From contig CAVTNB010000002.1 in NCBI GenBank assembly GCA_963736005.1, positions 96,001 through 160,000 of the forward strand: a stretch of 64,000 nucleotides of DNA, written 5' to 3'. The DNA is from an uncultured Pseudomonadota bacterium. GTDB lineage: Bacteria; Vulcanimicrobiota; Vulcanimicrobiia; Eremiobacterales; Eremiobacteraceae. Shown piece by piece: positions 43,281-52,205 of this stretch. A program made the position numbers and the translations under genes. The notes under the pieces are model-generated. The model made no database searches, had not been told where the DNA came from, and was given only the letters and a program-made list of their open reading frames with translations. Every line of letters begins with the position of its first letter. The first letter of the stretch is position 1.

Positions 43281-43931
43281 ATGGAGGTACTCATGGCTAC
43301 GGAATTTGTGCGCATCGCGGTGCTGGAGGAGCAAGCGCTCTTTCGTAAGTCACTATGCCAAGTGCTTGCGAAAGACGATCGATTCAAGGTCGTACCAGAA
43401 TGTCTCGAGACAAGCGACGCCCATCGAATCGCAGCGAGCAAACCAGACATCACGCTCTTCGACGTCGATTTTCAAAAGGGTGATCCGGTTGATACTGTCA
43501 AGGCCTTGCGCGAAGGGCATCCCAGCGGCAAGATCTGTTTGCTGTCGATGAATGCGCAGCAAGCATTATTGGAGCGAAGCCTCGTGTACGGTCTCGAAGG
43601 CTACGTGATCAAAGATATCGGTTTGATGGATCTCTCCCGAGCGCTGCTCGCGATCCACACCGGCGACTTTTACGTCGATCCCAGGCTTGCTGGCAGCATG
43701 CTGCGCCGCATGAGCGAGCGGCGCCATAAGGGAGACCCAAGCGAACTCTCCGAGCGCGAGACCGATGTCATCCAACTCATTGCGATTGGACTCTCGAACA
43801 AGCAGATCTCGGAACGGTTGTTCTTGAGCGAGAAGACGGTAAAGAATCACATCAGCCGCATCTTCAGCAAGCTCAATGTCACGGCGCGCACGCAAGCCGC
43901 CATCTACGCCATAAAATCTGGCCTAGCATAA
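43281..43931 (+). CDS. NarL/FixJ-family response regulator (no adjacent kinase)
   Basis: Receiver (PDITLFD, GYVIKD) plus LSERE...GLSNKQI...LSEKTVKNH HTH. Confidence 0.92.
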   Translation: MEVLMATEFVRIAVLEEQALFRKSLCQVLAKDDRFKVVPECLETSDAHRIAASKPDITLFDVDFQKGDPVDTVKALREGHPSGKICLLSMNAQQALLERSLVYGLEGYVIKDIGLMDLSRALLAIHTGDFYVDPRLAGSMLRRMSERRHKGDPSELSERETDVIQLIAIGLSNKQISERLFLSEKTVKNHISRIFSKLNVTARTQAAIYAIKSGLA

Positions 43932-44979
43932 TAACGCGCGAATGAATTCGCGCCACTACATACCGAACGCGCAAAGAGCCATGTAGCAGCGGACCTTTAG
44001 GTCCGCTCTTTTTTGCGCCGCCGTGGAAAAGGTTCTGAGCGTGCTCGGCATTGGCCAGCGTGTTATCCCCGTAGATTTGCTCGAGCCCGAATGCTTTGGT
44101 GATTCGTTGCGCCGCGGAGAGCTCGTCCGGGGTTATCTGCCTGCGCCAGGCATCGATGGCAGTTCCTTGGGCAAAGAACTGACTGCCGCGTCCTTTGGCC
44201 ATGGTCGAAAGCGAAGGCCGGTGAATTCGTCTGGCGATGGCGTCGTTAAAGGGCCGGCCCGCATAGTCGAAGAGCTTGCGCAATTCTGCCTCCGAACTGC
44301 ACACATTCTCGTAGAAGGCAAGAAACACGTCGCCTCGTTCAAGCTGCGCGAAAGGCACAAGACTCTCCACGCACCAATCGACAAGGTGGCGCTCGAACGG
44401 TGTTTGCGCGCGCGCGATTTCATCGGCGAACGGCGCTAAGAAGTCTTCCATGAGCGCGGGCTGCGCAAAATAGGTGTTGCGCAAGTCGGTTCGAAAGGCC
44501 AGCCGCACGCGGGAGAGCGCCACCGCGCATGGATGCCGGACCAAGTACACGATCGGCATGCGCGGAAAGTGCGCTCGGAACCACTTGAGCATAAGGGTTG
44601 TCCGAACGTCTTTGACGATGCGGCCGCGTGGAAAGGCGCAGCGATTGACGTTGTCAACCCACGTGTTTCGAATTTTCCCTGCGAAGATCGCTCGAGCCGG
44701 CTTGAGGTATCTGGGATCGTCGTTATCGGGGCGCACGTATTGACGGATCAAGAAGTGGTTGCTTTGGGGCACGAGGCCCGCGGTAAACGGCTCGCCGAGA
44801 AATCGGTAAGCGTTATCAGAGTTGAGCACCTCGGCTAGCCAGGTCGTACCACTCCTCGGAGAGCCGGAAATGAAAATGGTTGCATCCGCAGGCGCGAGAT
44901 CCAAATAAAAGGCATGGCTGATCGCGCTCCATGCTTTCCTTGCTCGGGCAGAAATCGTTCCGCGCCAGAAAAAACTCAC
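43879..44979 (-). CDS. Sulfotransferase family protein (true stop probably near 44000)
   Basis: GSPRSGTTWL 5'-PSB motif, LVRHPCAVALS 3'-PB motif, FYE. Confidence 0.85.
   Translation of the reverse strand: MSFFWRGTISARARKAWSAISHAFYLDLAPADATIFISGSPRSGTTWLAEVLNSDNAYRFLGEPFTAGLVPQSNHFLIRQYVRPDNDDPRYLKPARAIFAGKIRNTWVDNVNRCAFPRGRIVKDVRTTLMLKWFRAHFPRMPIVYLVRHPCAVALSRVRLAFRTDLRNTYFAQPALMEDFLAPFADEIARAQTPFERHLVDWCVESLVPFAQLERGDVFLAFYENVCSSEAELRKLFDYAGRPFNDAIARRIHRPSLSTMAKGRGSQFFAQGTAIDAWRRQITPDELSAAQRITKAFGLEQIYGDNTLANAEHAQNLFHGGAKKSGPKGPLLHGSLRVRYVVARIHSRVIMLGQILWRRWRLACAP
43936..44007. repeat. Inverted REP doublet, family A (minus) + family B (plus)
   Basis: GCGCGAATGAATTCGCGCCACTAC-AT...AT-GTAGCAGCGGACCTTTAGGTCCGCT. 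Confidence 0.85.
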
Positions 44980-45005
44980 GCTAGGCCCGTATACCTCGCC
45001 TCTAT

Positions 45006-45105
45006 GTAGTCGCGCGTAATTTATTCGCGCGTTGTCGCCAATAAATTGGCGACACTACATTCTTCCATAGGCCCGTCATGTAGTCGCGCGAATTTTATTC
45101 GCGCG
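45006..45105. repeat. Three alternating REP family A copies (BIME-like)
   Basis: 45006-45031 (+), 45034-45058 (-; GTCGCCAAT/ATTGGCGAC variant), 45080-45105 (+). Confidence 0.85.
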
Positions 45106-45984
45106 TTACGTTGCCTCGTACGCTTCGCGCAAATAGCGAGGCAAGCTGAAGATCCGTCGATGCGATTCGGCATCGTAGAATTTCAAACCGCGGCAGGCGC
45201 GCGCATGTGCCTGCGCCGCCTGGGCGGCCTCCTCGGTGCCCATGTCAATCGTTCCCCCGCACAGCGCGAACCCCCACTCGGTATCGAACGCAGGTACGTA
45301 CGCCGCGTACGGGTAGACCGCGCTGAAAATGTCGTCGAGCCGGGCAATCATGCGCGCATGCAGGTGGTAGTTGTGAGGCCCTGCCATGGAGGCTTGCAAT
45401 GCGTAGGCGCCGCGCTTACTCAAGCGCGCGCGAATCGCGGAGTACATTTCGGGGGTATGCAGACCAGCCGAAGGGGAGTCTTCGAGAGGCTCGGTGAGAT
45501 CGCCGATGATGACGTCGAACTGCTCCCGCGACGAGAACACATACTCTTTCGCGTCGCCGATGACAATCTCGGCGCGCGGATCCTCAAACGCGCCTGCGCT
45601 CCACTCGGGAAGGTACCTGCGGCACACCTCGACCACTTCGTCGTCAATGTCCACCATCGTAACCTTGCGCATGGAAGGAACCCGAAGCAGCTCGCGCAGC
45701 GTCGCGCCTTCCCCGCCACCCAGGATCAGCGCACGCTCCGGAGTGCCTCCGGATGCCACGCAGGCTGGATGAACGAGCGACTCATGGTAGATGTGCTCGT
45801 CGAGCGCCGAGCTTTGCGTGTCGCCGTCGAGCACGAGCATCTTGCCAAAGAGAGAACTGACCACAACTGCGTAGTCTTGAAATTTCGATCGACCAGAGGT
45901 GAGGTGCGTGGTGACAGCGTGCCCGTGAATCTCTCCAGGGGCTACTTGCTCAACGTACCACTGAAAGTTTTCGGTTTTTGGCAC
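45106..45984 (-). CDS. speE: Spermidine synthase (polyamine aminopropyltransferase)
   Basis: FGKMLVLDG, DEHIYHE.LVHP, LILGGGEG, FDVIIGD. Confidence 0.92.
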   Translation of the reverse strand: MPKTENFQWYVEQVAPGEIHGHAVTTHLTSGRSKFQDYAVVVSSLFGKMLVLDGDTQSSALDEHIYHESLVHPACVASGGTPERALILGGGEGATLRELLRVPSMRKVTMVDIDDEVVEVCRRYLPEWSAGAFEDPRAEIVIGDAKEYVFSSREQFDVIIGDLTEPLEDSPSAGLHTPEMYSAIRARLSKRGAYALQASMAGPHNYHLHARMIARLDDIFSAVYPYAAYVPAFDTEWGFALCGGTIDMGTEEAAQAAQAHARACRGLKFYDAESHRRIFSLPRYLREAYEAT

Positions 45985-46387
45985 CGGTCGCAATCCCGTT
46001 CGAGCGCTTGCCGACGATGTGGCTAAAGACGCCATCTTCATCCGGCATACCCCGGCGCACTTCTGTCGTGAGCATCTGCTTGGCCTGGAACTCGGCGGCT
46101 GCCAGGCGGCAGGCCTTCCAGGGATCGGTCTTGTCGCCACACGTGTAGATGTCCATGGCCGCATAGCCATACTCCGGCCACGTGTGGATCGAAAGATGGG
46201 ATTCGGCAATCACGACAACACCGCTCACGCCTTGGGGCGAGAAGCGGTGAAAAGCTGTTTGTAGGACCTCTGCGTTTGCGGCCTTTGCCGCCGCCACCAG
46301 TATGCTGGCTACTTGGTCAACGTCACTAAGAATTCTCGCGTTGCATTCTGACAGTTCCACAATGATGTGCGTACCAAGTGCTTTCAA
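45950..46387 (-). CDS. speD: S-adenosylmethionine decarboxylase proenzyme
   Basis: LGTHII, F.PQGVSG...AESHLSIHTWPE (E-S cleavage), DIYTCG; TTG start inferred. Confidence 0.93.
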   Translation of the reverse strand: MKALGTHIIVELSECNARILSDVDQVASILVAAAKAANAEVLQTAFHRFSPQGVSGVVVIAESHLSIHTWPEYGYAAMDIYTCGDKTDPWKACRLAAAEFQAKQMLTTEVRRGMPDEDGVFSHIVGKRSNGIATGAKNRKLSVVR

Positions 46388-46570
46388 CCATCCAGCCCCC
46401 CTGCGACGAAGTGGGGAGATCCGACCTCCAATTCCGCGGAAAAGGCACGCTGTAAAAAGCGTACCGATGCTAAATATTAGGGCATTTGCGCGGCTTTGTA
46501 AATACTTTGCGCATACCAATGTAAGGTTTCTCTGCCGGGACAGCCAAAACAGGGCCTCTACCACACCCAA

Positions 46571-46595
46571 GGCGCGAAGAAATTCGCGCCGCTAC
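46571..46595 (-). repeat. GTAG-REP family A variant in rplU 5' leader
   Basis: Plus strand GGCGCGAAGAAATTCGCGCC-GCTAC. Confidence 0.75.
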
Positions 46596-46613
46596 ATCCC
46601 CGAAAGGCATCCC

Positions 46614-46928
46614 ATGTTTGCGGTCATCGAAGCCAACGGCAGGCAGCTCAAGGTTAAGGAAGGCGACGTCGTGCGCCTCGACAGCGTCGAGGGCGACGCC
46701 GGCCAGGAGGTCTTCTTTGAGCGAGTCCTCTTTGCCCATAACGGCAAAGATTTTGTCGTTGGCTCGCCGCTCGTCGGCAAAGCCAAGGTCACCGCTCGTG
46801 TCATTCGACAAGGCAAAGGGCCGAAGATCATCGCTTTCCGCTATAAGCCCAAAAAGCGCGTGAGAAGGCGCTACGGCCACCGCCAACCCATTACCGAACT
46901 GCGCATTGAGAAGATCGCGCTCCCCTAA
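46614..46928 (+). CDS. rplU: 50S ribosomal protein L21
   Basis: MFAVIE..GRQ.KV.EGD, KGPKI..FRYKPKK...GHRQ. Confidence 0.96.
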   Translation: MFAVIEANGRQLKVKEGDVVRLDSVEGDAGQEVFFERVLFAHNGKDFVVGSPLVGKAKVTARVIRQGKGPKIIAFRYKPKKRVRRRYGHRQPITELRIEKIALP

Positions 46929-46930
46929 AG

Positions 46931-47286
46931 GTGGCCTCGAGTTTGTCTACGAGCGGCGCAAAGGCGCGGTCGTCGGCTTCGCCGTCCGAGGGCATGCCGG
47001 TTTTGCATCCGCCGGTCGCGATATCGTCTGCGCGGCCATTAGCGCTCTCATCCTGTCGGCGGCAAAGGGCCTGCGCGAGCACTGTGGTGCAAGGCCGGCA
47101 ATTTCCGACACGTCTGCGCGATACGCGCTCCTCTTGGCCGGCGGGGGCGGCACGCGCGCACAGGCGGTGTTGGAAACCATGATTTCCGGGCTGGAGGCGA
47201 TCGCCCGGTCGTATCCTGGGTATTTGCACATGCAACAGGGTAACGTCGCGGCCACAGGGCCGCGGTCCAGTCGCGCGAAAACCTAA
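46931..47286 (+). CDS. prp: Ribosomal-processing cysteine protease Prp (YsxB); start region probably has an indel
   Basis: GHAG.....DIVCAAISAL catalytic His/Cys motif directly after rplU; in-frame ORF is 46906..47286. Confidence 0.85.
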
Positions 47287-47287
47287 T

Positions 47288-47312
47288 GTAGCCGCGTGAA
47301 TTTATTCACGCG
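47288..47312 (+). repeat. GTAG-REP family A variant
   Basis: GTAG-CCGCGTGAATTTATTCACGCG (compensatory T-A pair). Confidence 0.85.
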
Positions 47313-47341
47313 AAGTCGAAACGACCCCACTAGGAGCAACC

Positions 47342-47578
47342 ATGGCAACCATTACCGACCTCAACGCCACCTATGCTGACGAATCCGGCCGAAGAAATCA
47401 CACTGAGGTCGAGCTCCGTAAGACCTTGCTCGCCGGGGTGATCGGAGCTGTGGTTGGGGCAGCAGGCTACTTCATTTACTCGCGGCTCGAAGATGAGCAA
47501 AAGGATGCGCTCCGTCAATCTGTGGGCAAATTCGTAGAAGACAAGATTGCGGACGTGCGCTCCCAACTCAAGTTCTAG
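47342..47578 (+). CDS. Small single-TM protein (YtxH-like)
   Basis: AGGAG RBS; LLAGVIGAVVGAAG TM followed by amphipathic helix. Confidence 0.7.
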   Translation: MATITDLNATYADESGRRNHTEVELRKTLLAGVIGAVVGAAGYFIYSRLEDEQKDALRQSVGKFVEDKIADVRSQLKF

Positions 47579-47579
47579 T

Positions 47580-47604
47580 GTAGCAGCGGACCTTTAGGTC
47601 CGCT
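47580..47604 (+). repeat. GTAG-REP family B
   Basis: GTAGCAGCGGACCTTTAGGTCCGCT, identical to 43983-44007. Confidence 0.88.
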
Positions 47605-47646
47605 CCGTTGGGTTAATTTTCTCGATTGAACTCCGATGTTTCTAGC

Positions 47647-48237
47647 ATGCACCGATTCGTCCGTGCGATAGCGTTTGGTACCCTCGCGGCACTCATCGTC
47701 GGATTCGCAGGCTTGCGGCCGGCAGCGGCGTACAGCGCGCACCAAAAGGTCCCCAATGAAGAAGCGATGCGCGTCTACGTCTCTGCGATTCGCTACTTTA
47801 ATGCGGGCATTGACGAAGACGAAGCCCGACGCATCGTCGCCGCAATCGTGCGCGACTCAATGGACGCGGGCATAGATCCGCGCCTCGTTGTCGCCGTGGT
47901 TGCAACCGAGAGCGCCTTCGATCGCACCGCCCGCAGTTCAGCCGGCGCGCGCGGTCTCGGTCAGCTGATGCCGGAGACGGCGGCCGACGACGATGTGACG
48001 AACCTTGAGGACATCAATCAGAATATTCACGGCACGGTCATGACGCTCAAAGGCAACCTCGACCACTACGCCCACTACGACATGCAGCACCAATACGTGT
48101 ACGCGATTGCCGCGTACAACGCCGGCACCGGCGCGGTCGATGAATACCACGGCGTGCCGCCGTATGACGAAACCATCCACTACGTATCCAAGGTGATTGG
48201 GTTGTGGCGGCGCTTCTACGGTTTGTCCTCTAGCTGA
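47647..48237 (+). CDS. Lytic transglycosylase (SLT domain), secreted
   Basis: ATES, GA.GLGQLMPETA, AAYNAG, PPYDET..YV. Confidence 0.9.
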   Translation: MHRFVRAIAFGTLAALIVGFAGLRPAAAYSAHQKVPNEEAMRVYVSAIRYFNAGIDEDEARRIVAAIVRDSMDAGIDPRLVVAVVATESAFDRTARSSAGARGLGQLMPETAADDDVTNLEDINQNIHGTVMTLKGNLDHYAHYDMQHQYVYAIAAYNAGTGAVDEYHGVPPYDETIHYVSKVIGLWRRFYGLSSS

Positions 48238-48481
48238 GGCAGCGCAGACTCCTCGGTTTTTTCTGCGGCAACTCTTCGCGCGGCGCTATCGGCTCGACTG
48301 AAATCGGCGCTGTTCTCGGGGCGTCTGCGGCTCGCTCCATTTCTTGCATAAACGAATGCGTCGTCGTTTGGATGTGGCGCATTGCTTCGCCGAGCTGACG
48401 AGCCAGCTTGGGGAGCTGTTCGGGGCCGAACAGCAACAACGCGAGCAAGAAAACAATGGCGGTGTCGGATGGGCTGAGCAT
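48230..48481 (-). CDS. TatA/TatB-family twin-arginine translocase subunit
   Basis: N-terminal TM then LLFGPEQLPKLARQLG amphipathic helix. Confidence 0.85.
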   Translation of the reverse strand: MLSPSDTAIVFLLALLLFGPEQLPKLARQLGEAMRHIQTTTHSFMQEMERAADAPRTAPISVEPIAPREELPQKKPRSLRCLS

Positions 48482-48549
48482 ACGCTACGAGCCTATTTCC
48501 GCGGGGCCGTGCGGGTAATCTTTTTTCCGGTCCCGAAATTCTCTCACTC

Positions 48550-49032
48550 TTGAAGATTTACTATACGAAGAGCCAACGGGAAGAGCCGGTTGGGACTTTG
48601 ACCACCCTCAAAAAGGTGTTGTCGCGTTTTGTGCATCATCGGGTTTTTTACGAGATGTCGGCGCGCCACCGCGCCAGTCACCAGCTCTATTCCGTCAAGA
48701 ACACGTTCACCGTCGAACGGTTTGAAATCGAAGGGCAAAACGAGCTCCTCATTACGCTCTTCGATGCGCACAATCCAGCGCATTCAGTTGAGATCGTCAA
48801 TCCGCACGCCTTGCGCATCTACGACGAGAATCCAGCCAAGGGGTTCGCTGTCGTCTTCTACGCGGATGAGGCTGGAGATTTTGAAGTCCGTTATTACCTG
48901 CGCGATGAAGGCGAAGACGAAACCTCACCCAAGCGCACGGCACTCGAGCACATCACGCTGCCGCAGTTGATGGAATATCTGCACGAAAGTCTCAATGCTG
49001 ATGTGGTCGAAGTGGGAGAGCAAAAGCGCTAG
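48550..49032 (+). CDS. Hypothetical protein
   Basis: 160-aa ORF filling the gap between recognisable genes, protein-like composition. Confidence 0.6.
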   Translation: MKIYYTKSQREEPVGTLTTLKKVLSRFVHHRVFYEMSARHRASHQLYSVKNTFTVERFEIEGQNELLITLFDAHNPAHSVEIVNPHALRIYDENPAKGFAVVFYADEAGDFEVRYYLRDEGEDETSPKRTALEHITLPQLMEYLHESLNADVVEVGEQKR

Positions 49033-50702
49033 GACATCCCGAGCCGCTTTTTCCACGCTTGAATCGTCGTGGCGGGAACGCCCGCCCGCCGGGCAACGGC
49101 GCCGACACTGCCGGTAAAAAGACCAGCGATTGCCCGCGGCTCGAAAACATCTCTGAGCACGTCGACCACGCACAGACCCTGCGATGATGCGACCGTGTGG
49201 ATCCCGCGATCGTACCTTCCTTTGGGAGGGCGAATTGCGCCCACCACCGTTTCTTTGAAGTCGGTTTCTGACAGCACATCCACCCGATTGATTCTTACGA
49301 GCCCGCCATAAACGCGAGCGCAGTCCTGCGCCGGTCGATAGAGTTGGCCGTTGCTGGAGAAAAAGGGACCCGCAGGCCCAGACGAACGGACATCGATCTT
49401 CACCGGATTTCTTGGGTGTGGCTTCCATGGTCCAAACAAATCGTCGCTGGACCAGATGTACAAATGCGAATGGTAGCCTTCGTCGAGATTGGTGCAAAAA
49501 AGCCACCATCGATTTTGGAACTGCAGCACCGTGCTGTCGACGGCGGCGAAGTCTTCGAGCAGCGTGTGCACGTTTTCCCAACGGTATGGAAAGTCGATGG
49601 CCTTGTAAAGACAAACTTTCTTTTGGTCAACCGATTCTGGCAAACAATAGACGGAGCCATCCCACTCGAACACTTGCGGGTACGAGAGGTGGTAGGGTTC
49701 TTCGATCACCGTGGTCAGGCGGCGAACACCTGGGGTCTCCCATTCGCAGACCGCGATCACGCCGCGACTGTCTTTGTACTGATAGAGCTCGCAGAAGACG
49801 AACGCTTTGCCCGCACGGTGAATGACAAATGGATCCGCGACAAACCGGCCCCGTTCATAAGGAAGGATCTCAGAAACGCCGGCCTGAGCCTCCGTGCCCA
49901 CAAAATCAGCCGGGGAAGCGTCGAGCACTCCAATGGTCCAGTCAGGCAAGGAGAAGCGCTGCTGGAACTGTTGCTTGGCACGGTTCTTGCGCGCGCGCGC
50001 GCGAACCGACCGGCACTGCGCGCCCGTTGGAAATCCGTAGGTCGCCGGCGCTTTTGGCTGAGGCGCCTCTGCAAAGTACGAGGCGAGTCCGGCGCTCAGA
50101 TCTCGACACACGTGCGTCGGCCACATTGCCAGCTCGTTCAGCATAAAGTCAGCATTACGTTCGAACGACGTCCGTACCGTTCTCAAGTAACCGGCCTTGA
50201 GCACGATGCCCATGACGTCAGCACTGGTCAGCGCCAGCAGCGCGGCACCGGTGACGTCGTGATCGTAGTAGAGCTCCCAAAACCCCGCGAGCGGGCTTTC
50301 AAATTTCGTTATATCGCCGTGCGAAAACATCCACACGCCAAATTTCGGGGTGGTCGAAATTTGCAAACCCAGCTGCCGTGGACCAAAGCAGAGAACAAAA
50401 TCCAGGGCGGAGGTTTGCAGTGCATGCATCTGGGGAGCGGCAAAGCTGGACCCAGAGACTTCCATAGAAACCGCTTCGGGATACTCGGCTATCAGGTCGC
50501 GAAGAGGCTCCTGTGCCAAGGAGAGCGCGCCCCGAGCGAAGCGATCGAACGCTTCGCGCTGTTGGCGCTCTTGCGGGCTTGTTGTGGCATCGATGATGCA
50601 TCGCAGTTGTGACAAGCCAGACTCATCGATCTTTTTGATGCAAGCACGTTGCCACGCTGCCAGTACGCCGTCAGCGGTCAGAATCCCATACGTGAAAGGC
50701 AC
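49029..50702 (-). CDS. Glucosamine inositolphosphorylceramide transferase (GINT1)-N-like beta-propeller protein
   Basis: FVADPF, EEPYHLSYPQVF, LPES, FPYRW, GPWKPHPRNPV, RPAQDC...YG. Confidence 0.75.
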   Translation of the reverse strand: MPFTYGILTADGVLAAWQRACIKKIDESGLSQLRCIIDATTSPQERQQREAFDRFARGALSLAQEPLRDLIAEYPEAVSMEVSGSSFAAPQMHALQTSALDFVLCFGPRQLGLQISTTPKFGVWMFSHGDITKFESPLAGFWELYYDHDVTGAALLALTSADVMGIVLKAGYLRTVRTSFERNADFMLNELAMWPTHVCRDLSAGLASYFAEAPQPKAPATYGFPTGAQCRSVRARARKNRAKQQFQQRFSLPDWTIGVLDASPADFVGTEAQAGVSEILPYERGRFVADPFVIHRAGKAFVFCELYQYKDSRGVIAVCEWETPGVRRLTTVIEEPYHLSYPQVFEWDGSVYCLPESVDQKKVCLYKAIDFPYRWENVHTLLEDFAAVDSTVLQFQNRWWLFCTNLDEGYHSHLYIWSSDDLFGPWKPHPRNPVKIDVRSSGPAGPFFSSNGQLYRPAQDCARVYGGLVRINRVDVLSETDFKETVVGAIRPPKGRYDRGIHTVASSQGLCVVDVLRDVFEPRAIAGLFTGSVGAVARRAGVPATTIQAWKKRLGMS

Positions 50703-50711
50703 GTGCTTGCC

Positions 50712-51686
50712 TCAGGCCCGCTTGGGCGCTAAGCGGCGCAACGCCTGAACGGCTTTAAACCTCGTGCTTCGGTGTCCAACGATGTCATAGGGCATCGTGG
50801 TGGCGCCGAGAGCGCGTTTGAATCTGAGCACGCCCTCTAGGTTCGAACTTGAATTGAGGTTATACCAGCGCACGCCACGCCGAGCAGCATGCTCGATGAT
50901 CGTCGCGTGCAGAAGATTGTGCGGCCGCAAAATTTCCATGCCGGGTTTGCTTGCCGTGGTCCACAAAGAGACCTCTTGACTGCCATACAGCGCAACCCCG
51001 CCAGCGATGGCCGCTCCTTCGTAGCGCACGATCCACATCTCGACGTCGGCGCCACCTAGGGCGCACACCTCGCGCAAGAAGTCTTCTCGGATGGTTGGTG
51101 CCTCCCGGTGCCAGCGTTGCGTCGCTGCCTCCTGCAGCAATCCGTAATAGAGGGGCAGAGCCTCCGCACACGGCTCGATGGAGCACGAAGCGCCCTTTCG
51201 CAGCGCCTGGCCTGCCATGCGCCGGCTCTTCGGTGCGATTCGTGAGAGCGCCGCCTCGACGCCACCGGATATGTCCATGGCTGAGGTCTCGGCCGCAATT
51301 CGAACATCTATCGCGGGCAAGCGCGGCGCGCCAAAGGGCCACAGATTGAGCAGCACCTCATCACCAAGCATCATGAGCTCTTTGAGAACCCCTGTTGCCA
51401 CCTCGGCAGCCAACCCCTCGCCCTTGGGCGTCAGCAGCGCTGTGTAGCCGTCAAACGGCATGCCATGGAGGATCTTCCATCCCAGCCGGCTGCGCACGCT
51501 CACCAGGGGCACGAACGCCTCGCTGCCGCCATCCAGCTGACAGCGCAGCGGCCATGGCGTCAAGTCCGGGAAGATTCGCCCAATGGCCATGGCCCACGCA
51601 GGTTTGGCAAAAAAGGTCGGAGCCTGCGCCGTGCGATCGAGCGCGAGCCACTCATCTGTCGACAAACGCTCAAAGCGAAGCTTCAT
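50712..51686 (-). CDS. GNAT family acyltransferase (FemAB/CelD-BcsL-like)
   Basis: TFFAKPAW, RPHNLL...IEHA..RG...YNL, GVLRFKRALGA. Confidence 0.75.
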   Translation of the reverse strand: MKLRFERLSTDEWLALDRTAQAPTFFAKPAWAMAIGRIFPDLTPWPLRCQLDGGSEAFVPLVSVRSRLGWKILHGMPFDGYTALLTPKGEGLAAEVATGVLKELMMLGDEVLLNLWPFGAPRLPAIDVRIAAETSAMDISGGVEAALSRIAPKSRRMAGQALRKGASCSIEPCAEALPLYYGLLQEAATQRWHREAPTIREDFLREVCALGGADVEMWIVRYEGAAIAGGVALYGSQEVSLWTTASKPGMEILRPHNLLHATIIEHAARRGVRWYNLNSSSNLEGVLRFKRALGATTMPYDIVGHRSTRFKAVQALRRLAPKRA

Positions 51687-51699
51687 GATCTCCCCGGTG

Positions 51700-52146
51700 T
51701 TATCGGCGTTTCCACCAAGTCAGCCGCTTGCGGGCCGCATCCGGCTTTGCTTCGTATTTAGCGGCCAGCCGTAGCTCCTGGACGCTCGCAGAGAAATTGC
51801 CTCGGCGGCGATGCAGCACGCCCAGGTTGTAGTGCGCAAACGCGTAGGTCTCGTCAATGCGCAGCGCGCTTTCGTAGTATTGCTGAGCTTCATCGAGCAT
51901 GCCACGTTCGAGCATGAGATTGCCGAGGTTGACGATCGCCGAGAGGCAGCGATCGTCGACGCACAGCGCCGCTCGAAAATCCTGCTCGGCACCGCTTGGA
52001 TCGCCGCAGCGAAGACGGCAAACACCGCGTTTGGAATGTGCGAGGGCACGCTCCTCATCAGCATCGATCGCCGCGGTGAAGAGCTCCTTCGCGCGCTCAA
52101 ACTTGCCTTGCTCGAAGGCGACGACCGCTTGCGAAAACACGCTCAT
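51700..52146 (-). CDS. TPR-repeat protein
   Basis: Repeated A..NLG...G..A...Y..AL TPR pattern. Confidence 0.85.
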   Translation of the reverse strand: MSVFSQAVVAFEQGKFERAKELFTAAIDADEERALAHSKRGVCRLRCGDPSGAEQDFRAALCVDDRCLSAIVNLGNLMLERGMLDEAQQYYESALRIDETYAFAHYNLGVLHRRRGNFSASVQELRLAAKYEAKPDAARKRLTWWKRR

Positions 52147-52205
52147 CTGCAGGCCTGACCGTATCGAAGGGTGGCTCGGCCCGCCGTTAGAACGCCGCTT
52201 CTCAC

